DNA from: an uncultured delta proteobacterium
GTDB lineage: Bacteria > Myxococcota_A > Polyangia > Polyangiales > Polyangiaceae
Length of the DNA stretch: 64,000 bases
NCBI GenBank assembly: GCA_963841435.1
Contig: CAWJCS010000006.1
Coordinates: 640,001 to 704,000, forward strand
Reading direction: 5' to 3'
The position numbers were made by a program, and so were the translations under genes. The notes beneath the pieces are model-generated. The model saw nothing but the letters and a program-made list of their open reading frames with translations. It was not told where the DNA came from and did not search any database. Position 1 is the stretch's first letter, and each line of letters begins with the position of its first letter. This document shows positions 1-9,560 of the stretch, one piece after another.

Positions 1-978
1 CTCGGCCAGTCGCTCGACGCAGCGATCCGCATGGCCGACAGCCCGGCGCTCGCGGCGGGGCTCGGCTTTCTCGCCATCGAGGCCGGGGACGAAACGCTCG
101 CGCGCAAGGCCGCGCTGCGGGCCGTCAGCTTTGCGGCGATGTATCCGCGCGCGCGCACCCTCGCCGCTCGCGTGGCGCTGCTCGGCGGGCGCGTCGACGA
201 GGCGGAAAAGGCGGTCGAGCAGCTCGATCCCACGAGCGTCAACGTGGCGGTGGTGCGCGCGGTCGCCGGCTACGAATCGCTCGAGCCCGCGGACGTGGAC
301 GCCGCGCTCAAGGTGCTGGGCGACGCGGCCACCGAGCGGACCTTCTCGGCGCTCGCCGCGGGGTCCGGGGTGCTGCTCGGCACGCACTACCCGCCCCCGA
401 CCGAGCTCGACGCGCTCAAGGATCCGAGCGTGCCCTGGGGCGAGCTCGTCGTGCTCGACACGCTGCTCGATACCGGCAACCTCGCGGGCGCCGAGGCGCT
501 GCTCGGCAAGCGCAGCGGCGACGCGCTCCGACCGGTTCACCTTCTGCGCAAGGCGCGCCTGCTGCGCTACCAGGGCAAGCCCAAGGAGGCGGTCGAGGCG
601 TCGGACCTCGCGCTCGAAGGCAGCGTCACGGCGCCGCTCCTGCTCGAGCGCGCCTACGACCTCGTCGCCGCGGACGACCTCAAGGGTGCGCGGACGCTGC
701 TCGCCAGGTACCCCGTCGTGCTCGGCACGCTGAGCGGCTGGCTCGCGGCGTTCATCGACGCCCACGAAAAGGACAAGTCGACGCTCGCGCAGGCTGCCGC
801 CCGCGCCGCCAAGCTCGACCTGCCGCTCGACGCCTCGCCCCTGCTCATCCGGCTCCTCGCCCTGCGGGCGCTCGTGGTCACGGGCGACAAGCGCGCGAAG
901 CCCTACCTGAACGTGCTCGCGCACCGGCAGCCGAAGCATCCCGAGGTAGCCCAGGCAATTGCCGATATGACGCGCTGA
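1..978 (+). CDS. TPR-like helical-repeat protein, C-terminal part (5' end probably outside the window)
   Basis: Frame is open from the window edge; Ala/Leu-rich helical repeats (ARVALLGGRVDEAEKAVEQL, ARLLRYQGKPKEAVEA); GC-rich third codon positions. Confidence 0.6.
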   Translation, partial: LGQSLDAAIRMADSPALAAGLGFLAIEAGDETLARKAALRAVSFAAMYPRARTLAARVALLGGRVDEAEKAVEQLDPTSVNVAVVRAVAGYESLEPADVDAALKVLGDAATERTFSALAAGSGVLLGTHYPPPTELDALKDPSVPWGELVVLDTLLDTGNLAGAEALLGKRSGDALRPVHLLRKARLLRYQGKPKEAVEASDLALEGSVTAPLLLERAYDLVAADDLKGARTLLARYPVVLGTLSGWLAAFIDAHEKDKSTLAQAAARAAKLDLPLDASPLLIRLLALRALVVTGDKRAKPYLNVLAHRQPKHPEVAQAIADMTR

Positions 979-1109
979 GCGAGGCGCCCCCGCTCGCCCT
1001 AGAAACCGGCCGGCGAATAACGGAAAACGAGCGCGCCCCGCCGGCTATTCGCCGTGTTTCGGACCACGCCGGCCGAACAGCCGGTGCATAAAAATAAAGC
1101 GCTCATCGA

Positions 1110-1121
1110 TGTTTCGAAACA
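1110..1121. promoter_or_regulatory. Perfect 12-bp palindrome TGTTTCGAAACA, candidate operator
   Basis: Lies in an AT-rich patch about 115 bp upstream of the ATG at 1237. Confidence 0.35.
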
Positions 1122-1236
1122 ATTGAGACATTCGGGTGCAACGCCGTACCCAGTACTCCGGCCTTGCTGGTCCGGCCAGATGCCGGGGCGGCGCGCCGGC
1201 GGATGGTCCGCCGCCCTTGACACTCGGAGACGTGTA

Positions 1237-2118
1237 ATGCGCCTGACCTCTTTGATCTACAGCCACGCCCTCGCGCTCGCCGGAGCAAGCCTCGTGTGCT
1301 CCGTCGCCTTGGCCCAGGAGCCAGCACCGGCCGCCCCGCCGGCAGAAGCAGCCCCGGCCGCCGCACCCGCACCCGCACCCGCCGCGGAGCCAGCTCCCAT
1401 GGCAGCCGAGACTGCCCCGATGCCCCCGCCCGAGGCGGCTCCAGCGCCCGAGATGGCACCCCCGGCCGAGGCCCCCGCTCCCGCCGAGGAGGAAGAGGAG
1501 TTCCCCGCGGCCTGGTTCCGCATCGACTCCGACGGCCTCGGCCTTCAGCTCTGGGCCGGTGCCACTCACTCGCTCACCGACGGGGTCGGGCTCGCGTCCG
1601 ACATCTACGTGGCGGGCTACTCCGGCGAGTTCGACATCGGCCCCGCCATCACGGCTGGTCCCATGACGATCACGCCCATGATCGGCGTCGTCTTCGACTG
1701 GAGCACCAAGCGGATGTCCTCCATCGTGCCGCAGCTCTTCGTCATCGGCGGCCCCGAGCCGATCTACACCGAGCTCTGGCTGCAGTGGTTCGACGACGCC
1801 GCCTTCAAGGACCCGGGGCTCGACAACAGCAGCTACCTGTACGGCCGCCTCTTCGTCGACTACCTCGCGCACAAGTACATCGCGTTCGGCCCGCAGCTCG
1901 AGATGAGCCTCGCGCTCAACGACGCCGCAAAGGTGCAGCTTCCTGACGAGACGGAGCCGAAGCCCCTCGCTTCGCTCGTCGTCGGCGGCAACGTCATGCT
2001 CACCAGTTACGGCAAGAACAACACGCTGCTCGGCTTCCTGGGCTACGAGACCAGGAGCGCCGACGTCCCGCTGCAGCGTCATCTCGCTGGTCGTCTCACC
2101 TTCGTTCACAACTTCTGA
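1237..2118 (+). CDS. Exported protein, probable outer-membrane beta-barrel with Pro/Ala-rich N-terminal linker
   Basis: GGAG upstream of ATG 1237; signal peptide ending VALA-QE; PA-rich linker; alternating aromatic beta-strands; C-terminal Phe (RLTFVHNF). Confidence 0.65.
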   Translation: MRLTSLIYSHALALAGASLVCSVALAQEPAPAAPPAEAAPAAAPAPAPAAEPAPMAAETAPMPPPEAAPAPEMAPPAEAPAPAEEEEEFPAAWFRIDSDGLGLQLWAGATHSLTDGVGLASDIYVAGYSGEFDIGPAITAGPMTITPMIGVVFDWSTKRMSSIVPQLFVIGGPEPIYTELWLQWFDDAAFKDPGLDNSSYLYGRLFVDYLAHKYIAFGPQLEMSLALNDAAKVQLPDETEPKPLASLVVGGNVMLTSYGKNNTLLGFLGYETRSADVPLQRHLAGRLTFVHNF

Positions 2119-2127
2119 AAACGCTTA

Positions 2128-2168
2128 CCGGGCGGCGCGGGAGCTATCCTGACTCCCGCGCCGCCCGG
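2128..2168. terminator. 16-bp perfect hairpin between convergent genes (probable bidirectional terminator)
   Basis: CCGGGCGGCGCGGGAG-N9-CTCCCGCGCCGCCCGG just after the stop at 2118. Confidence 0.7.
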
Positions 2169-2275
2169 CCGATTACCTTGGCGTGCCCTGCCGTCCGCCG
2201 CGACGCCAGCCGCCCCGCACGCCCTCCGCCAAAAGTTCAGAGGCCGCCCGCCGCCCGGAGCTATCCCCAAGACAG

Positions 2276-3409
<1,134 letters not shown>

Positions 3410-3530
3410 GGTGGCAAGCTCCTTCGATCGTCGAAGAAGGGCAAGCGCGGGCGCCGTAGGCGTCCCCCGCCTGACCCGACATGGGGGTCTTGGAAGAGCG
3501 GATCGCGATCGTCGCGAGCCGCAGCCATCC

Positions 3531-3555
3531 AAACAAAAAAGCCCGCCGAACGGGC
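3531..3555 (-). terminator. Intrinsic terminator-like hairpin inside the pilB-pilT spacer
   Basis: Minus strand reads GCCCG-TTCGG-CGGGC-TTTTTTGTTT. Confidence 0.65.
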
Positions 3556-3649
3556 GCCAGCCGCACCTGGGCTCGCGGGGCGCCGGGGTTTTCGGTCAGG
3601 GCGCAAAAGACCCTCTGACAAGACTCGACTCATCCATGCATCTCCCCCG

Positions 3650-5353
3650 TCAGTCCGCCATCGTCACTCGCATGATCTCTTCGGGCGTCGTGATCCCCTC
3701 CAACACCTTGCGGATGCCGCTCATGCGCAGCGTGCTCATGCCCCGCTTGATCGCGCCGACCTTGAGCTCGGCAGCCGACGCGCCCTGCAGCACCATCTCC
3801 TTTAGCTCGTCCGTGAAGCGCATCACCTCGTAGAGCGCGACGCGGCCCTTGTAGCCCGTGTTGCTGCAGGTCGCGCAGCCGGCACCCTTGAGGATCTTCG
3901 CGTTCGCGGCCTGTTCCTCGGAGAAGCCCATGGCGAGCAGCGTCTCGGCTTCGACTGGCTCCTGCTGCTTGCAGTCCTGGCAGACCTTGCGCGCGAGACG
4001 CTGGGCGAGGACCAGATTCACGCTCGCCGTGATGAGGAACGGCTCGACGCCCATGTTCAAGAGGCGCGAAATGGTCGCGGGGGCGTCGTTCGTGTGCAGC
4101 GTCGAGAGCACGAGGTGGCCCGTGAGCGCGGCCTTGACCGCGATCTCCGCGGTCTCGAAGTCGCGGACCTCGCCGACCATGATGATGTCCGGATCCTGGC
4201 GCAAGAACGAGCGCAGGCTCATGGCGAAGTTGAGCCCGATATCGTCGTGCATCTGCACCTGGTTGATGCCGTGGAGGTTGTACTCGACGGGATCCTCGGC
4301 GGTGCTGATGTTGACGGCCGGCTTGTTGAGCTCGCTGAGGCCCGAGTAGAGCGTCGTGGTCTTGCCCGAGCCCGTAGGGCCGGTCACGAGCACCATGCCC
4401 CAGGGCTGGTTGATGGCCCATTTGAAGTCGGCGAGTGGCTCGAGGTCGAAGCCGAGCTTCGTCATGTCGAGCTGCAGGTTGCTCTTGTCGAGCAAGCGGA
4501 GCACGACCTTCTCGCCCCACATCGTCGGCAGGACCGAGACGCGGAAGTCCATCTCGCGGCCCTTGCCGAGCTTGAGCTTGATGCGCCCGTCTTGCGGCAG
4601 CCGGCGCTCGGCGATGTCGAGCTGGCTCATGATTTTGAGTCGGCTGACGAGCGCGTTCTTGAGCTTGAGCGGCGGTGTCATCTCCTCGTGGAGCACGCCA
4701 TCGACGCGGTAGCGCACGCGCAGTCGTTTCTCGTAGGGTTCGAGGTGGATGTCGCTCGCGCCCTTGCGAATGGCGTTCAGGAGCAGCACGTTGACGAGGC
4801 GGACGACGGGCGCATCGGCGCTCGCGCGCTCGAGCTCCATCGCGTTGATTTCGTCCTCTTCGGCGCTGAAATCGATGTCGTCTTCGTCGAGCTGGAAGTC
4901 GGCCATCACCTCGTCGTAGGAGGGGCCGGCGCTGTAGTAGCGGTCGATGGCCGCCTGGATGGCCGCTTCGCTCGCGACGACGGGCTCGACGCTGTAGTTC
5001 GTGAGGAACTTAATGTCGTCCATCGCGTTCAGGTTCGTCGGATCGCTCATGGCGACGATCAGCGACTGACCCGAGCGCGATACGGGGATGATGCGATGCT
5101 TCTCGCAGACATCGCGCGAGACGAGCTTCACGACTTCGGGGTCGATTTCGTACTCGTCGAGGTTGATCGCCGGGAGGCGATACTGCGACGAGAGAAAATT
5201 CGTGATCTCGCCGTCGGAGACGAACCCGAGCTTGGCGAGCGTGTAGCCGAGGTTCTGCCCGGATTTCTTTTGCTCCTCCTGGGCCTTGCGGAGCTGCTGT
5301 AAGCTGATGAGCTTCTCGCGGACGAGCAGCTCACCCAGGCGACTCTGAGACAT
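3650..5353 (-). CDS. pilB: Type IV-A pilus assembly ATPase PilB
   Basis: N-terminal RLGELL (MshEN-like), GPTGSGKTTT, EDPVE, LRQDPDIIMVGEVRD, tetracysteine CQDC/CATC, TGYKGR. Confidence 0.97.
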   Translation of the reverse strand: MSQSRLGELLVREKLISLQQLRKAQEEQKKSGQNLGYTLAKLGFVSDGEITNFLSSQYRLPAINLDEYEIDPEVVKLVSRDVCEKHRIIPVSRSGQSLIVAMSDPTNLNAMDDIKFLTNYSVEPVVASEAAIQAAIDRYYSAGPSYDEVMADFQLDEDDIDFSAEEDEINAMELERASADAPVVRLVNVLLLNAIRKGASDIHLEPYEKRLRVRYRVDGVLHEEMTPPLKLKNALVSRLKIMSQLDIAERRLPQDGRIKLKLGKGREMDFRVSVLPTMWGEKVVLRLLDKSNLQLDMTKLGFDLEPLADFKWAINQPWGMVLVTGPTGSGKTTTLYSGLSELNKPAVNISTAEDPVEYNLHGINQVQMHDDIGLNFAMSLRSFLRQDPDIIMVGEVRDFETAEIAVKAALTGHLVLSTLHTNDAPATISRLLNMGVEPFLITASVNLVLAQRLARKVCQDCKQQEPVEAETLLAMGFSEEQAANAKILKGAGCATCSNTGYKGRVALYEVMRFTDELKEMVLQGASAAELKVGAIKRGMSTLRMSGIRKVLEGITTPEEIMRVTMAD

Positions 5354-5488
5354 GGGTTCGGGGGATCCTTCTCTTCTGCCCGGCGGCCGAAGGGCGACCG
5401 ACCCGTGAGGCTAGCAGGCACCGGGTTCGGCCCTTCAGCCGAAAAGGCCCGCCGCCGCGGGCCCCTCTTGACGAAGCCGAAATCTGGC

Positions 5489-5512
5489 CAAAGATTCCTG
5501 GCAAAGATTCCT
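5489..5512. promoter_or_regulatory. Direct repeat CAAAGATTCCT x2 (13-bp period) in the pilB/moeB divergent region
   Basis: Copies at 5489-5499 and 5502-5512. Confidence 0.35.
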
Positions 5513-5604
5513 ACATCGGGAAAGTGCGCCTTTCTTCGCCGCCCGGTCGGCGCTAGAGCGACCCGGCCCGACAGGCCCCGAACGACCCCGAGCGGATCCG
5601 AACG

Positions 5605-6789
5605 ATGCCCAAGACCTACAGCGACCTTTTTGCCGATCTCAGAAAGAGCGTCACCGTCCTCCCTCTCGAGGAGCTCAAGCGGCGCTACGACACGCGTGCC
5701 GAGCGCCCCTTCACGCTCGTCAACGTGCGGGAAAAGGAGGAGTTTAGAAACGGGTACATCCCGGGCGCCATCCACTTGCCGCGTTCGTACCTCGAGCAGC
5801 AGTCCGAGCAGAAGCTCCCCGACAAGGACGCGGACCTGATCCTTTACTGCGCCGGGGGCAACCGCAGCGTGTTTGCGGCAAATTCTCTCGCCGAGCTTGG
5901 GTACAAGCATGTCGCCAGCGCGAACCCCGGCTTCGTGCGGTGGAAGGATCTCGGCTATCCGACCGAGCTCCCGCCGCAGCTCACCCCCGCGCAGCTCGAA
6001 CGCTACTCGCGCCACATTCTTTTGCCCGAGGTTGGCGAGCGCGGCCAGGAAAAGCTCCTCAAGGGCCGCGTGCTTTTGCTCGGCGCGGGTGGGCTTGGAG
6101 CCCCGGCCTCGCTTTACTTGGCTGCCGCGGGTGTCGGTACGATCGGCGTCGTCAACGCCGACACGGTCGATGCGTCGAACCTGCAGCGGCAGATCGTCCA
6201 CGCAACGTCGCGCCTCGGCATGCCGAAGGTCGACAGTATGGAAAAGGCGCTCGTCAACCTGAATCCCGACGTGAAGGTCGTCAAGTTCCAGGAGCGGCTG
6301 TTGAGCACCAACGTGGATCGCATCTTCGGCATGGGCTGGGACGTGATCGTCAACGGCTGCGACAATTTCCCGACGCGCTACCTCGTCAACGACGCCTCGC
6401 TCTTCCACAAGATCCCCGTCGTGCACGGCAGCATCTTCCGCTTCGACGGCCAGGTGACGACGTTCATGCCGTGGCAGGGGCCCTGCTATCGCTGCCTCTA
6501 CCCGGAGCCACCGCCGCCCGAGCTCGCTCCCTCGTGCGCCGAGGCCGGTGTGCTCGGCATCCTGCCCGGCATCATCGGAACGCTACAGGCAACCGAGGCC
6601 ATCAAGCTCCTGCTCGGCAAGGGCGACCTCTTGATGGGGCGCCTTTTGACTTACGACTCCTTGAAGATGACGGTGAGGACCTTGAAGCTCCGGCGCGACG
6701 AGGCCTGCCCGGCGTGCGGCAAGAACCCGACGATCAAGGAGTACATCGACTACGAGGGCTTCTGCCTCGCGCCCGGGCTGGCTGGGTGA
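5605..6789 (+). CDS. moeB: Rhodanese + ThiF/MoeB adenylyltransferase (MoeZ-like)
   Basis: Rhodanese YCAGGNRS; RYSRH, GAGGLG, SNLQRQ, CYRC, SCAEAGVLG, CPAC. Confidence 0.9.
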   Translation: MPKTYSDLFADLRKSVTVLPLEELKRRYDTRAERPFTLVNVREKEEFRNGYIPGAIHLPRSYLEQQSEQKLPDKDADLILYCAGGNRSVFAANSLAELGYKHVASANPGFVRWKDLGYPTELPPQLTPAQLERYSRHILLPEVGERGQEKLLKGRVLLLGAGGLGAPASLYLAAAGVGTIGVVNADTVDASNLQRQIVHATSRLGMPKVDSMEKALVNLNPDVKVVKFQERLLSTNVDRIFGMGWDVIVNGCDNFPTRYLVNDASLFHKIPVVHGSIFRFDGQVTTFMPWQGPCYRCLYPEPPPPELAPSCAEAGVLGILPGIIGTLQATEAIKLLLGKGDLLMGRLLTYDSLKMTVRTLKLRRDEACPACGKNPTIKEYIDYEGFCLAPGLAG

Positions 6790-7026
6790 CCGGCGTTTTG
6801 CGCCAGTAGCTCCGAGGACGCCGGCGTCGCGCCGGAGGGGGCTTTGCGGCCGTCCGGATGGGGTCGTGGGACGGCCGTGGTCCGGCCGCGCGCCCGAGGG
6901 GTGAGGGGCGGCTCAACCACGCTGATGCGTGGCTCAGCGAGCCATGGCGCTCGAGCGGAGAGTGCGGGTAGACTCGTGCCCCGTCCGTCGGCGGCGTCGC
7001 CCCCTCGAACAAGGAGTCCCTCTTCG

Positions 7027-7713
7027 ATGCGCACAACTACCCTTCGCTGGCTCGCTCCCCTCGTTGCTCTGACCGCCGCCGCCTGCGGCGGTGACGACAA
7101 GCAGGCCAACACGGGCCAGCCGGGCCAGGTGCAGTGCCCGCCGGGGCAATACTTCGACGGGCAGTTTTGCCAGACGCAGGGCGCGACGCCGGGTGCACCG
7201 GGCGTGACCGCCGCCGCGCCGCCCGCTGGGACCGCAGCACCGCCTCCCACGGCCGCGACGGCCGCTCCGCCTCCCATTCCGGTTGCGACCGCGGCTGCCG
7301 GCCCAACGGCGACGCCCATCGACCCCGCGGCTGCCGCCGCTGCGACGCAGCTGCTCGCGCCGCTTGCTCAGCAGAGCGCGCCCGGCGCGAAGCCTGTCGG
7401 CTCCGCCATTGCCGGACAGTTCCAGCAGGGTCAGTCGCTCGAGGGTCAGGTCCAGATGCAGGCGAACAAGTGCTACACGGTGATCGGCGTCGGCCTGCCG
7501 CCCGTCGCCAACCTGGACATTCAGCTGGCGCCCTTCATCGCGATGCCGGGGCTACCCGCCGCCGTGCTCGCGCAGGACCAGACCGTCGGCCCCCAGGCCA
7601 TCATCGGCGAGAAGCAGAGCTGCTACAAAGCGATGCTCCCGATGCCCATGAAGGTGATCGTCACGGTGTCGCAGGGCTCGGGGGTTGCTGCGGTTCAGGT
7701 CTACGAAAAGTAG
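7027..7713 (+). CDS. Hypothetical lipoprotein with Pro/Ala linker
   Basis: AAGGAG RBS; lipobox AAAC; CPPGQYFDGQFC; beta-rich C-terminal domain (KCYTVIGVG...NLDIQL). Confidence 0.75.
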   Translation: MRTTTLRWLAPLVALTAAACGGDDKQANTGQPGQVQCPPGQYFDGQFCQTQGATPGAPGVTAAAPPAGTAAPPPTAATAAPPPIPVATAAAGPTATPIDPAAAAAATQLLAPLAQQSAPGAKPVGSAIAGQFQQGQSLEGQVQMQANKCYTVIGVGLPPVANLDIQLAPFIAMPGLPAAVLAQDQTVGPQAIIGEKQSCYKAMLPMPMKVIVTVSQGSGVAAVQVYEK

Positions 7714-8701
7714 TCCGGTCGAGGAACGAGAACGCCGGCCAGGTCGGCATGAGGCCGTCGCGCGCGCGACGTTCGGTTTCCCAGCGCGTGACCCGCACGG
7801 CGAGCATCTGGGTCAACGTGGCGAGCAGGAGGCCCGCGACAACGTCGACGACCCAGTGCCAGCGCAAGAACATCGTCGCCACGATGATGTTGACGCAGAA
7901 AAACGACGCGACCGGCCAGGTGTAGCGGTAAGGCATGCGGTTTCGGTGCCTGAATAAATAGAGCACGAGGAAGGTCGGCGCCGCCGTGTGGAGCGACGGG
8001 AAGATGTCCTTGAGGGCGCCGCCCTCGGCGACCGTCTCCATCACGACGTCGAGCCACAGGCCGTCGGGGAGAGTGTGCTTGAACTGGGAGGCGACGGCGC
8101 GGATCGGTCCGAACCCGGGCACGAGCATGTAGAGCGTGTGCCCCACGCAGAAGACGAACATCAACCCGAAGGTGAACTCGCCGAGCGGGCGTGGGTCGCG
8201 CGCGAGGAACAGAATCGGCAGCACGTGCGTCGCGAGCACGAAGAAGTAGCCGAAGTAGAAGTAGGCGAACCACTCCGTGGTCACGGGAGTGACGAAGGCG
8301 TCGAGCGACAGCGCCGGCTCCGCGCCGAACAGCGCCACGCCGAGGTGGTGGAGCTGGAGGTCGAGTGAGCTCGGATTGACGAGCGGCAGGAGCTCGCGAA
8401 AGAAGAAGTACGAGATTTGCACGCTGCCGTAAATGGCCACGCGGTAGAGCAGCGGTGCGAAGAAGCCGTGGCGAAGGAGGCCTGCGCGGACGCTGGCGAC
8501 GACCGGCAGGAACACCACGAGCAGCGCACCGACGCGTAGGGCGCAGGCGCGCTGCACGGGTCCGGCGGGCGCCAGCGCGACCGCGACGTTGAGCGCGACC
8601 AGGTAGAGGAAAACGAGGATGTCTTGGGCGCCGACGCTCGCGACGGTCCGCTGCCACGCGGTCGTCGGGCGAGCGGGGACGGCGGCGACCGCTTCAGTCA
8701 C
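7661..8701 (-). CDS. PAP2-superfamily membrane protein (Aur1/IPC-synthase-like)
   Basis: Multiple TM helices; PGFGP, FPSLH, RWHWVVDVVAG motifs. Confidence 0.8.
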   Translation of the reverse strand: MTEAVAAVPARPTTAWQRTVASVGAQDILVFLYLVALNVAVALAPAGPVQRACALRVGALLVVFLPVVASVRAGLLRHGFFAPLLYRVAIYGSVQISYFFFRELLPLVNPSSLDLQLHHLGVALFGAEPALSLDAFVTPVTTEWFAYFYFGYFFVLATHVLPILFLARDPRPLGEFTFGLMFVFCVGHTLYMLVPGFGPIRAVASQFKHTLPDGLWLDVVMETVAEGGALKDIFPSLHTAAPTFLVLYLFRHRNRMPYRYTWPVASFFCVNIIVATMFLRWHWVVDVVAGLLLATLTQMLAVRVTRWETERRARDGLMPTWPAFSFLDRTTFRRPEPQQPPSPATP

Positions 8702-9377
8702 GTCGGCTCCTCGAAGGCTCTGGGGCGGCGGCGGCCTCGAGCCGCTCCCCCGGCGAGTCGGGGGAGGGGAGCGCGACCCGCGGCCGACCGCTCGCAACAT
8801 AGCTCAGCGAGGCGGCGTCGGTCACGGTGCGGGTCGCGAGATCCCGCAGGACGAGCTCCGTGAGCAGCGCCTCCGCGCGCGCGTCGCTCAGCCTGAGCTG
8901 GGCGGCGAGCTCGGGCGCCCCGACCGCCGCCCCCTGGGCACCGAGGATCTCGCGGGCGAGGACGAGCTCCGCCTCGTCGAGCGCCGCCTCGAACGCGCGC
9001 TGGTGCTTCCTTCCACGCCCGACCACGGCGACACCGAGCAAGAGGGGAACGAGGGCCACCGACAGCGTGATCAGCAGCGAAAGGGCGCCGCCCCCCAAGG
9101 CCACGAGGGCGACGAGCGCAGCCGCGAGGCCCAGGGCCCCGAGGCTCGCCAGCGCCGCACCGGCCGCGACGAGCACCCCCGCACGAACGCGGACGGCTTC
9201 GGCGCGGATGAGCAGTGCTTCTTCGGCGTGCGAGCGCTCCGGGAGCGGCGGATCGACGACGAGGCGCGGGCCCCCGCACGCGGGGCAGCGGTAGCGATCC
9301 GCGGCGGCGGGCTCCGGGGCCGTGACCGCGCGGCAGTGCGGGCAGCGGTCTGGCTCGGGAACCATCCCGGTCACCAT
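8694..9377 (-). CDS. Hypothetical membrane protein with N-terminal zinc ribbon
   Basis: CPHC...CPAC, two TM helices, wHTH-like C-terminus; stop overlaps the start of the PAP2 gene. Confidence 0.55.
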   Translation of the reverse strand: MVTGMVPEPDRCPHCRAVTAPEPAAADRYRCPACGGPRLVVDPPLPERSHAEEALLIRAEAVRVRAGVLVAAGAALASLGALGLAAALVALVALGGGALSLLITLSVALVPLLLGVAVVGRGRKHQRAFEAALDEAELVLAREILGAQGAAVGAPELAAQLRLSDARAEALLTELVLRDLATRTVTDAASLSYVASGRPRVALPSPDSPGERLEAAAAPEPSRSRRD

Positions 9378-9560
9378 GGCGACGCTGCCTAGCACGATCC
9401 AGGGCCTCTAGCGCATCCCGCCACCTCGCGACGGGCGGGACGCCCCCGAGGGCAGAGCTCGAGCCGCGCTTTCGAAGCGGCGCCGCGGGCGAAGCCCGCG
9501 CCGAACCAGCGAAGCTGGTCGTGGGATGTGCTCATGCCGAGGCTTGCCAACGGGCCGACA

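Noticed and set aside
3410-3649. 6S RNA or c-di-GMP-I riboswitch identity for the pilB-pilT spacer
   Set aside because: Long-range helices are not nested as in 6S; GEMM-I core motifs not recognisable by eye
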